Below are positions 13,080 to 24,551 of a stretch of DNA of 64,000 nt, in pieces. The DNA comes from Squalus acanthias (taxonomy: Eukaryota), in NCBI GenBank assembly GCA_030390025.1, contig CM059432.1, forward strand, positions 69,690,001 to 69,754,000, given 5' to 3'. How positions within the stretch are numbered: the stretch's first letter is position 1; every line of letters begins with the position of its first letter. Below the pieces are notes generated by a model that worked only from the letters and a program-made list of their open reading frames with translations, had not been told where the DNA came from and searched no databases. The position numbers and the translations under genes are program-made.

Positions 13080-13660
13080 GCAATGAGATTTCTCATTGCT
13101 ACAATCAAAATTCTGGATATGGGAATTCAGTAGGTATTCCTCTCATTTTGTGTTATTTGGAGGAGGAAGATGAGGATGAAAGAAGGGATGCAAGGCAAGC
13201 ACAATTGCGCCATAGGTAAACTGTCTTTACCCATGCAGAATGGCTATAGATCTAGACACACCTGTCTGGGAATGTCTAAGAAAACTACCTTCATAATCTT
13301 CATTTCATAAGGGAGACAGGCAGAGAATTATCAACTTAAATCTAACCTACAGACAACCTCAAACAGTGAGAATCCTCTTACAGGGAATGAAGGTCACCAC
13401 AGCTTTGAACATATGAGCCTCAAGTTCATTTCAAGCTACCACAGGAAGCATCAGCAATATCTTTGTCAAAACTCCTCACATGAGACTTTGTCAAAACCCC
13501 TCACGAGGACCTAATTTAAACACTTAATGATAAACCTGATAGATAGAACTGGTCTTGGATGTCTGGAACATTAAGGTTGTTGTCGCAATGCAAGCTGCCC
13601 CGTGTAGGTCCTTTCACCACACTGAAGGCAGATACCTTGTATAACAGATAAAGACACTCA
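13080..13660 (+). pseudogene. Old, highly decayed Harbinger transposase remnant that H2 inserted into
   Basis: Near 13390-13460 it translates as KVTTALNI*ASSSFQATTGSISNI, matching the KVTVALNFFASGSFQ motif. It may continue after 17330. Confidence 0.5.
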
Positions 13661-14180
13661 GGCTGCGAAATTGGAGTCTTTAGCACCGGTTGTTAAGGCC
13701 GGTTTGGAAGGAAAATGGCGGCCACCTCGCTTCCGACAATTTTGGTGGGTCCTGCGGCAGCCGCCATTTTGGGCAGGTCAGCGGCACTGCCGTTGCCTGC
13801 GTTCGCTGCAGAAATGGAAATGAGGCAGATCGTGACATTACTGAGTGTGCAACGTTGGTTTGATGCACAATGTGCCATTTTGGAAGTCGCCACTCCATTT
13901 AACACCCTCTCCTAATCACAACCAGCTGACTAAGCAGCAGAAAGGACCCCCTCCAGCGCTATTTAAAGGGATCATCAACAACTTGCAGCTGCCTTTTTTT
14001 TCATTTCTACTGGCTCTGTGTATGTTTGTGCAACTGTTTGGAGCTTTCTAGAGTTGTTTAAAGTTGTTGAGGTGACAGGAAGTAGTGCTGCTTCTCTTTT
14101 AAAGGGTTCTGCTCACACCACTTGTTCCAATCTTCGGGGTTCTACCTGCAGTCACTCTCGCGCTCGAGAATGACAGGGAG

Positions 14181-15258
14181 ATGGAGTGGAGGCAGCGAAG
14201 AAGAGGACAAGATGCTCTCAGAGGGAGGAGGAGGGGCAGGAGGGTTCTCAGCAGGAGGCCTTACCCACTTAGGGTCTTCCGAGAATACTTCTCCTACCTG
14301 CACTTAAGCCAGGAGCAGTGTATTAGAAGGCTCCGCTTCACCAAGGAGGTGGTTACAGAACTCTGCCAACTCCTGCAGCCAGACCTGCAGCCTCAGAGCA
14401 GGGTGGCGACGGTGCTGCCAGTGGCCCTCAATTTTTTTGCCTCCGGATCCTTCCAGTCTGGAGCAGGAGACATAGCTAACATCTCCCAGTTCGCCATCCA
14501 TCGCTGCATCCGGGAGGTCACAGAAGCTCTGTACTCTAGGAGAAAGGACTTCATTGTCTTACTATTGAACAGAGAGAACCAGGTGGAGCGTGCATATGGC
14601 TTTGCCAAGATATCGGGCTTCCCCATCGTGCAGGTCGCCATCCACTGCACACATGTGGCTTTGCGGGCACCGCATACCAATCCTGAGATGTTCCGTAACC
14701 GCAAAGGCTACCACTCACTTAATGCGCAGTTGGTGTGCGACTGCTCTCAGTGCATCATGATGGTGAATGCCTGGTATCCTAGCTGCAGTCATGATGCCTT
14801 CATCCTGCGCCAGTCCGGTGTGCCAGCAAACTTCCAGCTACCACGTCAAACCCGAGGGTGGCTGCTGGGAGACAAGGGCTATCCACTCTACACCTGGCTG
14901 ATGACTCCCCTCCGCAACCCCACCACTCGTGGCCTGCACTCGTAATGAGAGCCATGCTGCCATGAGGAACGTCATCGAGCAGACCATCAGGGTACTCAAG
15001 CAACGGTTCCGCTGCCTTGACCTCTCGGGAGAAGCCCTCCAGTACATGCCAGAGCGGGTGTCCCATTTCATGGTGGTCTGCTGCATGCTCCACAACTTGG
15101 CCATCATGACAGTGCAGCCATTGCCACCACGGGTTTCAGGACCACCTCAGGAGGAGGAGCAGGAGGAAGAGGAGGAGGAGGAAGGGAGGAGGCAGGCAGC
15201 AGGGCCCCATTCTGGATGGGCTGTCTGTGAGCGCCTCATCAGACTCCAGTTCCAATGA
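14181..15258 (+). pseudogene. Harbinger transposase of H2
   Basis: ORFs 14181-14945 and 14929-15258 are joined by a frameshift. LLGDKGYP and IEQTIRVLKQRFRCLD are present, but the first catalytic Asp is replaced (AIHCTH versus AIDCTH in H1). Confidence 0.9.
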
Positions 15259-15478
15259 ATGAAACCCTAGATCCCTGTTGCTCACCACTTCCCCATCTTA
15301 CCATCCCTCTGTCACGGATCATTACAGCGCATTCCTGGGCGCAAAGCTGAAATGAGAACCACCACAAAACAAACACTCCAAACATAATTTACTTATGTAT
15401 CAAATCAAAATCAAAAGAACAAAGACAACTAATCACCATTGTGCATTTCCTTAGTGTCTATCTTTTGTATTGCTTTTC

Positions 15479-17120
15479 CTACTCTAGTGCTCCTGTGAAG
15501 TGCTCCCCCAGTGGCTGCAGCATGGCTGGTGGAAGGCTGCTGACTTTCAGTGGTGGAAGCTGCCTGGCTGTAGACTGCACTACCTTGACATGGGCAGCAG
15601 CACTCTGGGCTGGCTGAATGACGGGCAGCAGCAAGGGCACTGGCGGAATGCCAGTGGTGCGAGTACGAATGCTGTCATCCTGAGAGAGGACAGCAGGTTC
15701 TTGCTCCACGGAACTACTGCCACTCCCCTGGGGTGGCGCCTCAGCATTCCTAGCTATCTGTTGGGGAACAGGTTGCTGGAGTGCTGTGAGACCCTGCAAG
15801 CCCATTTCCACACTCGTAAACCCAGCCAAGATGACAGCAGTCTGAGCTTCCACTGCAGCACTGAGACATTGGGTCACTTTCGCCTGCGCTGCAATGGGAG
15901 CTGCGACATCGCCGATCACATGCAGGATCATGGCTGGGTCCACAAGGTCTTTCATGGAGTTGCAGATCATTTCCATCCTGGAAATCACAGGCTCCAAGCT
16001 CCACGCAAAGCCCCGTGCAATGTTGGACCCGACTCCTTGCCATTGACAAGAGGCCCACTGGCAGGCTTGCCATTGCACCTAGCATTTCTGTGTGCCGCCC
16101 CATCGAGGCCATCATCAGAGTCCTGTGCAGCAGAACTTGTACACGAACTCGCCCTCTGGGGAGCTAGCACGAGTTACCCTTTTCCCCTGGCCTGGCTGTA
16201 GCCCACTTGTGCCTGGTGACTCACCACGTGCAGATCCCGCCTCTATACTACCCTCTAAAGTCCACACAGTGCCATTTTCTGAGCTGGTACCTGCGAGTGT
16301 CAGATGCAGTGGCGGTGTGTCTTCTCCTCCTTCACTGTCCTCCTCCATGACTTTGGGGACTGGCTGGCCAAGTTGGAGTTCTTGGGTATCTGAAAGGAGA
16401 AAGGCACAAGGGTCGGGTTGTGGTGAGGGGAGGGGTGCAAAGCCAGATATCCATGTATACAACATTAGCTTGTAAGTGAGAAGAGATTGTGAGATGAGGG
16501 GGAAGTGGGATGTGAGAAGAAGGATTAGGTATGAGCATACTGTCATCATCAGCAATGCTTTCAACTTCCCTGCTCACCACGGACTCTGTGACGGCCCCTC
16601 CAATGATGTCCAGAACTGCTTCCTCCAGCTCCACCAGGTTCTGAAAACAGTCTTTCCCTCCTCCCGTCTGCTGCTGCTCCCAGCGGTTATGAGCGACTTT
16701 TGCCTGTAAGAGAAAAGGAAGTGTGTCAGTGGGTGTAGTGCATGTGTTTGGGTGATGTGCCTGCATGGTTGAATAGCATTGAGTAGTGTGTGAGGCTTGT
16801 GGTGCAGATGGTGGGATATGGCATTTGATGATGCATCCACTCACTTTGACCACTCGTGTGAGGTCATTAAACTTTTTGTGGCACTGAATCCAGTTCCTGG
16901 GGACAACAGTCGTCGCATTGATGGCTTCAGCGATCTCCTCCCACAGCATTCTGGTTTTCTGCCTTGAAGGCCTCTTGCCTCCCTGCCAGTAGAGGACCTG
17001 ATGGCGTCTTTGAACCCCCAGGACCAAGGCCTCCAGTGCTGCATCAGAAAATCTCCTCGCCCTTTCCCTTGGCTGTTGGGCCTTGGCTCTCACCACAATG
17101 ACAATGAGGTGCTTCTGCAA
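15479..17120 (-). pseudogene. Harbinger Myb/SANT-like gene of H2 (three exons)
   Basis: RERARRFSDAALEALV...WEEIAEAINA...QCHKKFNDL. Intron positions are the same as in H1 and H5, and there is a frameshift near 16080. Confidence 0.85.
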
Positions 17121-17712
17121 CTAAGCACCTCCCCTTTAAGAAGTAGAGTGCCTAGGACAAACTTATTTGGCCAGTAGACTACACCCGATATTGGCCTCCC
17201 TGTTCAGTGCTAAGCCAATCAGCAGGGCGTTTAATGCTGAGATCAGCGCTGCAATCATTATAATGAGCAGGCTGCATGAATTTTGCTGCCTGCGCCTGTT
17301 TTCAGGCCTTATCCAATTTCTAGGCCTCAGACTTCAGACAAGAGCTGCTGTACGACAAAACCTGAGGCCAGATCTGAGAACATATGCTTCTATAATCAAG
17401 GGTTTGGTAGATACCGTGATTGGATGACAGAGAGGTAAGCAGCTGCTGCCAAAGCTCCACAGCTCCAACTCGTAGAACCACCATTAGATTGGATATGCTG
17501 TGTTGGTGGTAATGCATTTATACATTTTATAGTGAGTTGTGCTGCTTACCATGTCATTTGTGAGGAGCTCCCAGTACCTTGTTATCAGATGATATCTGCT
17601 CTTGTCCATCATCTACTAACTAACTTGTGATAGGCCTCTTTGAAGGGGAGGTAAGCAGTCTTTCTGGGATCAAAGTGGCTCCAAGATGATATGCCTGGCA
17701 ATGGAAGATAGA

Positions 17713-17859
17713 TGCGGAGATGCCGGTGTTGGACTGGGGTGGACAAAATTGAGAGGTCGCACAACACCAGGTTATAGTCCAACAGTTTTATTTGGAGCTC
17801 CGAAAGCTTGTGATTTCAAATAAAACTGTTGGACTATAACCTGGTGTTGTGCGACCTCT
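17713..17859. mobile_element. Penelope-like palindromic retroelement end
   Basis: Perfect 47-bp inverted repeat (17748-17794 / 17817-17863), flanked by the 14-bp direct repeat caatggaagataga (17699-17712, 17860-17873). The Penelope assignment is inference. Confidence 0.65.
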
Positions 17860-18582
17860 CAATGGAAGATAGAACCAAGTTAGCCCTCTGTGGCCGACTC
17901 GGTAATCCAATACCTGAGCCAAGTATTCCAGGGCTTGCTGATGAGTGACCCACAGGTTGGCTGACTAATGGAATCTAGAGGAATATATCTGACATTTGAG
18001 ATTCTTTCCACTTAACTTGCTGCTCTCCAATTCAGTTACTTCAGCGCTGGGAATGGATAATTGTCCCATTAGAAGCTTAGCTTACAGCACAGAAGGTGGC
18101 CATTTGGCTTATCATGTTTGTGCCAGCTCTTTGTTCATGCAGTCCAAACTAATCTCACTGCCCTGCTCTCTTCCAATAGCCCTGTAACTTCCTCTGCTTC
18201 AAATGATCATCTATTGTGTCCTGAATTTAAAGACTATAAACTTTTATTAGTTAACATCTGCAATGAAAAACAATAGTATAAGGATTTACAAGATTTTTAT
18301 GCTTGGATTCATTGGGACTATACTAGGATATAAAAAAGTGCCCTGATGAAATCTCTATAAATCAAAGCAAGATTTTCCAAAGCACCATAACTATGGGATT
18401 CTAGACATTGTTGGCGTCACCAAGAGGGATCATGTGTGAAGTTCCATCACCTAGTTAAAAAAACAAAAGGGCCAATGATAATTGTTATTTCAGCAGCAGC
18501 CTTATTTATTGAAATGCTGTGGTCTTGTCTTATTCAAAATAATGAAAATTATGAGCTTATTTTTCTCTCTTTTAAAATGCAG

Positions 18583-18746
18583 GAGACAAATGGGAAGTGA
18601 TAGTCACCACTGGAAACTTTCGTCTAGCTGGCACCGACGCTACTGTCATCATCTGTGTGTATGGGGACAAAGGAGCATCAGGCCCAATTATTTTAGGCAC
18701 TGGAAAGCAACAGCTATTCAAAGCCAGTAACACAGATATATTTAAG
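18583..18746 (+). CDS. RP1: PLAT-domain protein exon 4 (GDKWEVIVTTGNFRLAGTDATVIICVYGDKGASGPIIL...NTDIFK)
   Basis: Canonical PLAT N-terminus (V.TG...AGTDA.V....YG..G.SG), tgcag acceptor and AAG|gtatc donor in phase 0. Confidence 0.92.
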
Positions 18747-19028
18747 GTATCAAGTAAGGCAACATGGTTGCCCAGAAGTGAGAAAGCATTTGCATTTGCA
18801 AAGTAGTTAACACATATAAAAATAAATTTGCCAATCTAAAGCAAAATCAAAAACACAAAATACAAGCAAGAAAAAATTGACAAAATAAGATACTAAATAT
18901 TAAAAAGTAGAAAGTGAGAAAAGTAATAAACATAAAGTAGCAATAAATATCAAAAAGTGCTGAATGCATGAAATTCATAAAATGATAGATATAAAAGTGA
19001 ATAAATGAAAACAATAAAAATACATGTA

Positions 19029-19428
19029 CAGGAAACTTTTGTTTATCCGGCACCCAAATATCCGGAATTCTCGCTTAACCGGCAAAAATCATCCTCCGAA
19101 AACTCCTCTCAAATAACCGGCAATGTTGCCGAGTCGCAGTCGAGTCTCCGCGAACGCCGAGTACTCCGAAAACTCCTCTCAAATAACCGGCAGTGTTGCC
19201 GATCCCGAGTCCGAGTCCGCGAACGCCGATTTAGTCAGTAGGGGTAGTTTTCAAAAGTGCCACTACTCGGCCTCCTGGCGCTGTCGGAAGTATACTGCAC
19301 ATTTCTTGATTTATTTATTTTTCTTTGTTAAAAATAGCCTCGGTAGATATAACTCTCCGTTATCCGGTACTTTCGATAAACCGGCACCACGCCGGTCCCG
19401 TCGGTGCCGGTTAATAAAGAGTTTCCTG
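19029..19428. mobile_element. Tc1/mariner (pogo/Tigger-like) MITE, 400 bp
   Basis: 25-bp TIRs caggaaacttttgtttatccggcac / gtgccggttaataaagagtttcctg with a TA TSD. Internal direct repeat tccgaaaactcctctcaaataaccggca. Confidence 0.85.
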
Positions 19429-19618
19429 TATAAGGTTTGCAAAACCTATAATAACAAATATCCACAAGTAACTTAACAGAAGTAGTTTTCTGCAACAAAA
19501 GTAACATTTTAGCCCATAAAATTGTACTTTTCATTTTAGCAACACAAATAAATGGACATTTATTTAATGATGCAAATTTAAAAAATAGCAGAGCAAGCAG
19601 TAATGAAGAAAAAACCTA

Positions 19619-21807
19619 GGGCGAAAAATTCGGCTCCATAGCACCGTTGCCGTTTTGTGCCGAAAATGGCATCCGTGCCGTGCGCACACACTTATGCGTG
19701 CCATGCCGGACGCCATCTTGGTGAAGGCGGTAGGGTGGGTGTTAGGAGTGTGCACCGTAAGTATGCAGAGTACGCAGATCCTGACATCACGCAGGTTTGA
19801 CGCCAGCACTGCCATTTTCGTTGTCAACGCTAACGCCCTGTGTTAACATGCGTTCTGCATCAGTAGGGACCCCACCACCAGCAATATTTAAAGGGATTAG
19901 CAACCACACTAAAGTTAGTTGCAGATTGATTTCTACTGGCTCTGTGTAAGTTTGTGGAAGGGTTTAGAGCTTTCTAGAGTTGTTTAAAGTTGGTGAGGTG
20001 ACAGGGAGTGATGCTGCACGTGGAGAAGGCCTTGCTTCCGACTTCAAGGGTTCTGGTCAGACACTTGCTCCCAGTCATAGGTGCTCTAGTTGTCATCCCC
20101 CTTGGCCTGCAGCATGACAGGGAGATGGAGTAGAGGCAGCAAAGAGGATAAGCTGCTCGCAGAGGAGGAGGAAGAGGGGGAGAAGGGTTCTCAGCAGGAG
20201 GCCTTACCCACCTAAGGTCTTCTGAGAGCAATTCTCTTACCTCAGCCTGAGCCAGGAGCTGTGTGTGAGGCATCTGCGCTTTATGAAGGAGGTGCTCACA
20301 GAACTCTGCCACCCCTTGCAACCAGACCTGCAGCCTCACACCAGGGCAAGGACAGCGCTGCCCGTGACTGTGTAGGTGACCGTGGCCCTGAATTTCTTTG
20401 AGTCGGGATCCTTCCATGGCTTGAGCAGGTGACATCTGTAACATCTCAGTTCACTGTCCACCAGTGCATAAGAAAGGTGACAGAAGCTCTTTATGCCAGG
20501 AGAGGGGACTTTATTGTCTTCTCCCTGACGAGAGAGAAGCAGACGGAGCGTGTTCGTGGCTTTGCCAGGACAGTGGACTTCCCCATGGTGCAGGGTGCCA
20601 TCGACTGCATGCACGTGGCTTTGCGGGTACAGCATCTAAATGCTGAGATGTACCGCCACCACAAAGGTTTCCACTCGCTGAATGTGCAGTTCATGTGCGA
20701 CCATGCTCAAAATATGATGATGGTGAACGCCCGATATCCTGGTAGCAGTCATGCTGCTTTTATTCTGCGCCAGTCTGCTGTTCCCTCAGTCTTTGAGCCA
20801 CCACGTCAAACCAGAGGCTGGCTGCTGGCCGGCAAGGACTCGACCACCTGGCTCATGACTCCACTCCGCAATCCAACTACACGAGGCCAGTATGCGTATA
20901 ATGAGAGCCATGCTGCCACACGAAACATCATAGAGCAGACCATTGAGGTGCTGAAATAATGGTTCTGCTGCCCCCTGCAGTACTCACCAGAGCAAGTTTC
21001 AAGATCATTGTGGTCTGTTGCATGCTCCACAACATCACCATCATGAGGGCACAGCCCTTGCCACCAGGCATACGGCGACCAGCTGAGGAGGAGAAAGTGG
21101 AAGAGGAGGAGGAGGAAGCAGAAGAGGAGGAAAAGGAAGGAAGGAGGTGACCCAGACAGCCTCTTTCTGCCTAGGCTGTCCATGACTAATCCGGCTGTGG
21201 TTTCAGTGAACGCAACCCCAATTCCACATTCACCAATAGTGCCACACCTTACCATCTCTCTGATACGGACCATCACAGTGTCCTCATGGCCACAATGCTG
21301 AAATAAAAGCCACCACAAAAGAAATATTCCAATCCAACTTTGTACATGAATCCATCCAATATATAAAAAAGTCAACTAATCACCCTTGTGCATTCCCTCA
21401 GTGCCTATCTTCCGTATGCCTTTGCCTGTACTAGTGCTCCTACAAAGTGCTACCCCAGTGGCTGCACCATGGCTGGTGGAAGGCTGCTCACTTTCAATGG
21501 GGGAGACTGAAGATAGGCCTTGCAGGACGACCTCAAGCAGCTGTGGGCCTGGAAGGCCCGACTGTAGACTGCACCACCTCAGCCTGTGCATCAGCAGTCT
21601 GAGTTGGCTGGCAGACAGGCAACATCAAGGGCACTGGCGGAGTGGCAGTAGTGGGAGCACGAATGATGCCATCCTGAGAGAGGACAGCAGGTTCTTGCTC
21701 AATGGGGCCACCGCCACTCCCCCGGGATGGTGCCTCAACAATCCTAGTAATCTGTTGGAGGACAGATTGCTGGACTGCTGTAACACCCTGCAAGCCCCTT
21801 TCCACAC
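19619..21807. mobile_element. PIF/Harbinger transposon H3, right half missing
   Basis: Left TIR gggcgaaaaattc, transposase on +, and a Myb-gene 3' end on - (21376-21807) cut off by LINE B. No continuation was found after 27972. Confidence 0.85.
20114..21200 (+). pseudogene. Harbinger transposase of H3
   Basis: GAIDCMHV, HSLNVQFMCD, RYPGSSH, RNIIEQTI and CCMLHNI motifs, with stops and frameshifts. Confidence 0.88.
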
Positions 21808-24551
21808 TTTTGTTCACGGGATGTGGACATCGCTGGCAAGACCAGCATTTATTGCCCAACCCAAATTGCCATTGAGAAGGTGGTGGTGAGCTGTCTTCTA
21901 GACCCGCTGCAGTCCATCTGGTGAAGGTAGTCCCACAGTACTGATAGGAAGGGTGTTCCAGGATTTTGACCCAGTGACTGAAGGAACAGCGATATATTTC
22001 TAAGTCAGGATGGTGTGTGACTTGGAAGGGAACTTGGAGGTGGTGGTGTTCCCATGCGCCTGCTGCCCTTCTCCTTCTAGGTGGTAGAGGTCGTGGGTTT
22101 GGGCGGTGCTGTCGAAGAAGCCTTGGCGAGTACATCTTGTAGATGGTACTCACTGCAGCCACACTGCGTCGGTGGTGGAGCCAGAGAATGTTTAAGGCGG
22201 TGGATGGGGTGCAAGTCAAGCGGGCTGCTTTGTTCTGGATGGTGTCGAGCTTCTTGAGTGTTGTTGGAGCTGCACTCATCCAGGCAAGTGGAAAGTATTC
22301 CATCACACTCTTGCATTGTGCCTTGTAGATGGTGGAAAGGCTTTGGGGAGTCAGGAGGTGTGACACTCGTCGCAGAATACCCAGCCTCTGACCTGCTCTT
22401 GTAGCCACAGTATTTATGTGGCTGGTCCAGTTAAGTTTCTGATCAATGGTGACCCCGAGGATGTTGATGGTGGGGGATTCGGCGATGGTAATGCCATTGA
22501 ATGTCATGGGGCGGTGGTTAGACTCTTGCTTGTTGGACATAGTCATTGCCTGGCACTTGTGTGGCACGAATGTTACTTGCCACTTATCAGCCCAAGCCTG
22601 AATGTCGTCCAGGTCCTGCTGCATGCGGGCATGGACAGCTTCATTATCTGAGGAGTTGCAAATGGAACTGAATACTGTGCAATCATCAGCGAACATCTCC
22701 ATTTCTGACCTTATGATGGAGGGAAGGTCATTGATGAAGCAGCTGAAGATGGTTGGGCCTAGGACACTGCCTGAGAAACTCCTGCAGTGATGTCCTGGGG
22801 CTGAGATGATTGGCCTCCAACAACCACCACCTTCTTCCTTTGTGCTAGGTATGACACCAGCCAGTGGTGAGTTTTCCCCCTGATTCCCATTGACTTCAGT
22901 TTTACTAGGGCTCCTTGATGCCACACTCGGTCAAATGCTGCCTTAATGTCAAGTGCATTCACTGTCACCTCACCTCTGGAATTCAGCTCTTTTGTCTATG
23001 TTTGGACCAAGGCTGTAATGAGGTCTGGAGCCGAGTGGGTCCTGGCGGAACCCAAACTGAGCATCGGTGAGCAGGTTATTGGTGAGTAAGTTCCGCTTGA
23101 TAGCACTTTTGATGACACCTTCCATCACTTTGCTGATGATTGAGAGTAGACTGATGGGGCAGTAATTGGCCGGATTGGATTTGTCCTGCTTTTTGTGGAC
23201 AGGACATATCTGGGCAATTTTCCATGTTCTCGGGTAGATGCCAGTGTTGTAGCTGTACTGGAACACCTTAGCTATAGGTGTGGTTAGTTCTGGAGCACAA
23301 ATCTTCAGCACTACAGCCGAGATGTTACCAGGGCCCGTAGCCTTTCCTGTATCCAGTGTGTTCAGCTGTTTCTTGATATCACATGGAGTGAATCGAATTG
23401 GCTGAAAACTGGTTTCTGTGATGGTGGGAACCTCAGGAGGAGGCCGAAATGGATCATCTACTCAGCACATCTGGCTGAAGATGGTTGTGAATGCTTCAGC
23501 TTTGTCTTTTGTACTCAGGTGCTGGGCTCCGCCTTCATTGAGGATGAGTGTGTTCATGGAGCCTCCTCCTCCCATTAATTGTTTCATTGTTCACCACCAT
23601 TCATGACTGTATGTGGCAGGACTGCAGAGCTTTGATCTGATCCATTGGTTGTGGGATTGCTTGGACCTTTCTATAGCATGCTGTTTCAACTGTTTAGCAT
23701 GTATGTAGTCCTGTGTTGTAGCTTCACCAGGTTGGCACCTCATTTTTAGCTACGGCTGGTGCTGTTCCTGACATGCTCTTCTACACTCCTCATTGAACCA
23801 GGGTTCATCCGCTGGCTTGATGGTTATGGTGGAGTAAGGTATATGCCGGGCCGTGAGGTTACAGATTGTCGTGATATGCTGTTGCTGATTTCCCACAGCG
23901 CCTCATGGATGCCCAGTTTTGAGCTGCTAGATCTGTTCTGAATCTATCCCATTTAGCACGATGTTAGTGCCACACAGCACGCTGGAGGGTGTCCTCAGTG
24001 AGAAGATGGGACTTTGTCTTCAAAAGGACTGTGCTATGGCCATTTCTACCAATACTGTCATGGACAGATGCATCTGCGACAGGTAGATTGATGAGGACGA
24101 GGTCAAGTAGGTCTTTCCCTCGTGTGGGTTCTCTCACCATCTGCCACCGGCCCAGTCTGGCAGCTATGTCCTTCAGGACTCGGCCAGCAGAGGTGCTACC
24201 GAGCTACTCTTGGTGATGGATATTGAAGTCCCCCACCCAGAGTATATTCTGTGCCCTTGCTATTCTCAGTGCTTCTTCCAAGTGGTGTTAAACATGGAGG
24301 AGTACTGATTCATCAGCTGAGGGAGGGCGGCACGTGGTAATCAGCAGGAGGTTTCCTTGCCCATGTTTGACTTGATGCCATGAGACATCATGGGGTCCAG
24401 AGTCAATGTTGAGGACTCCCAAGGCCACTCCTTCCCAACTGTATACCACTGTGCCGCCACCTCTGGTGGGTCTATCCTGCCGGTGGGACAGGACATACCC
24501 AGGGATGGTGATGGAGGAGTCTGGAACATTGGCTGAAAGGTATGATTCTGT

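Larger units (their letters stand above)
13661..17326. mobile_element. PIF/Harbinger DNA transposon H2, full length (3666 bp), inverted relative to H1
   Basis: TIRs ggctgcgaaattgga / tccaatttctaggcc, TCA TSD (13658-13660, 17327-17329), transposase on + and Myb-like gene on -. Confidence 0.93.

Noticed and set aside
14181..15258. Host gene HARBI1
   Set aside because: There are multiple disrupted copies bounded by TIRs and TSDs and paired with Myb-like genes. These are transposons, not the domesticated single-copy gene.
21533..22924. 463-aa ORF as a novel RT-Myb fusion protein
   Set aside because: It is a chance read-through across frameshifted LINE B RT, its 3'UTR and the H3 Myb remnant.
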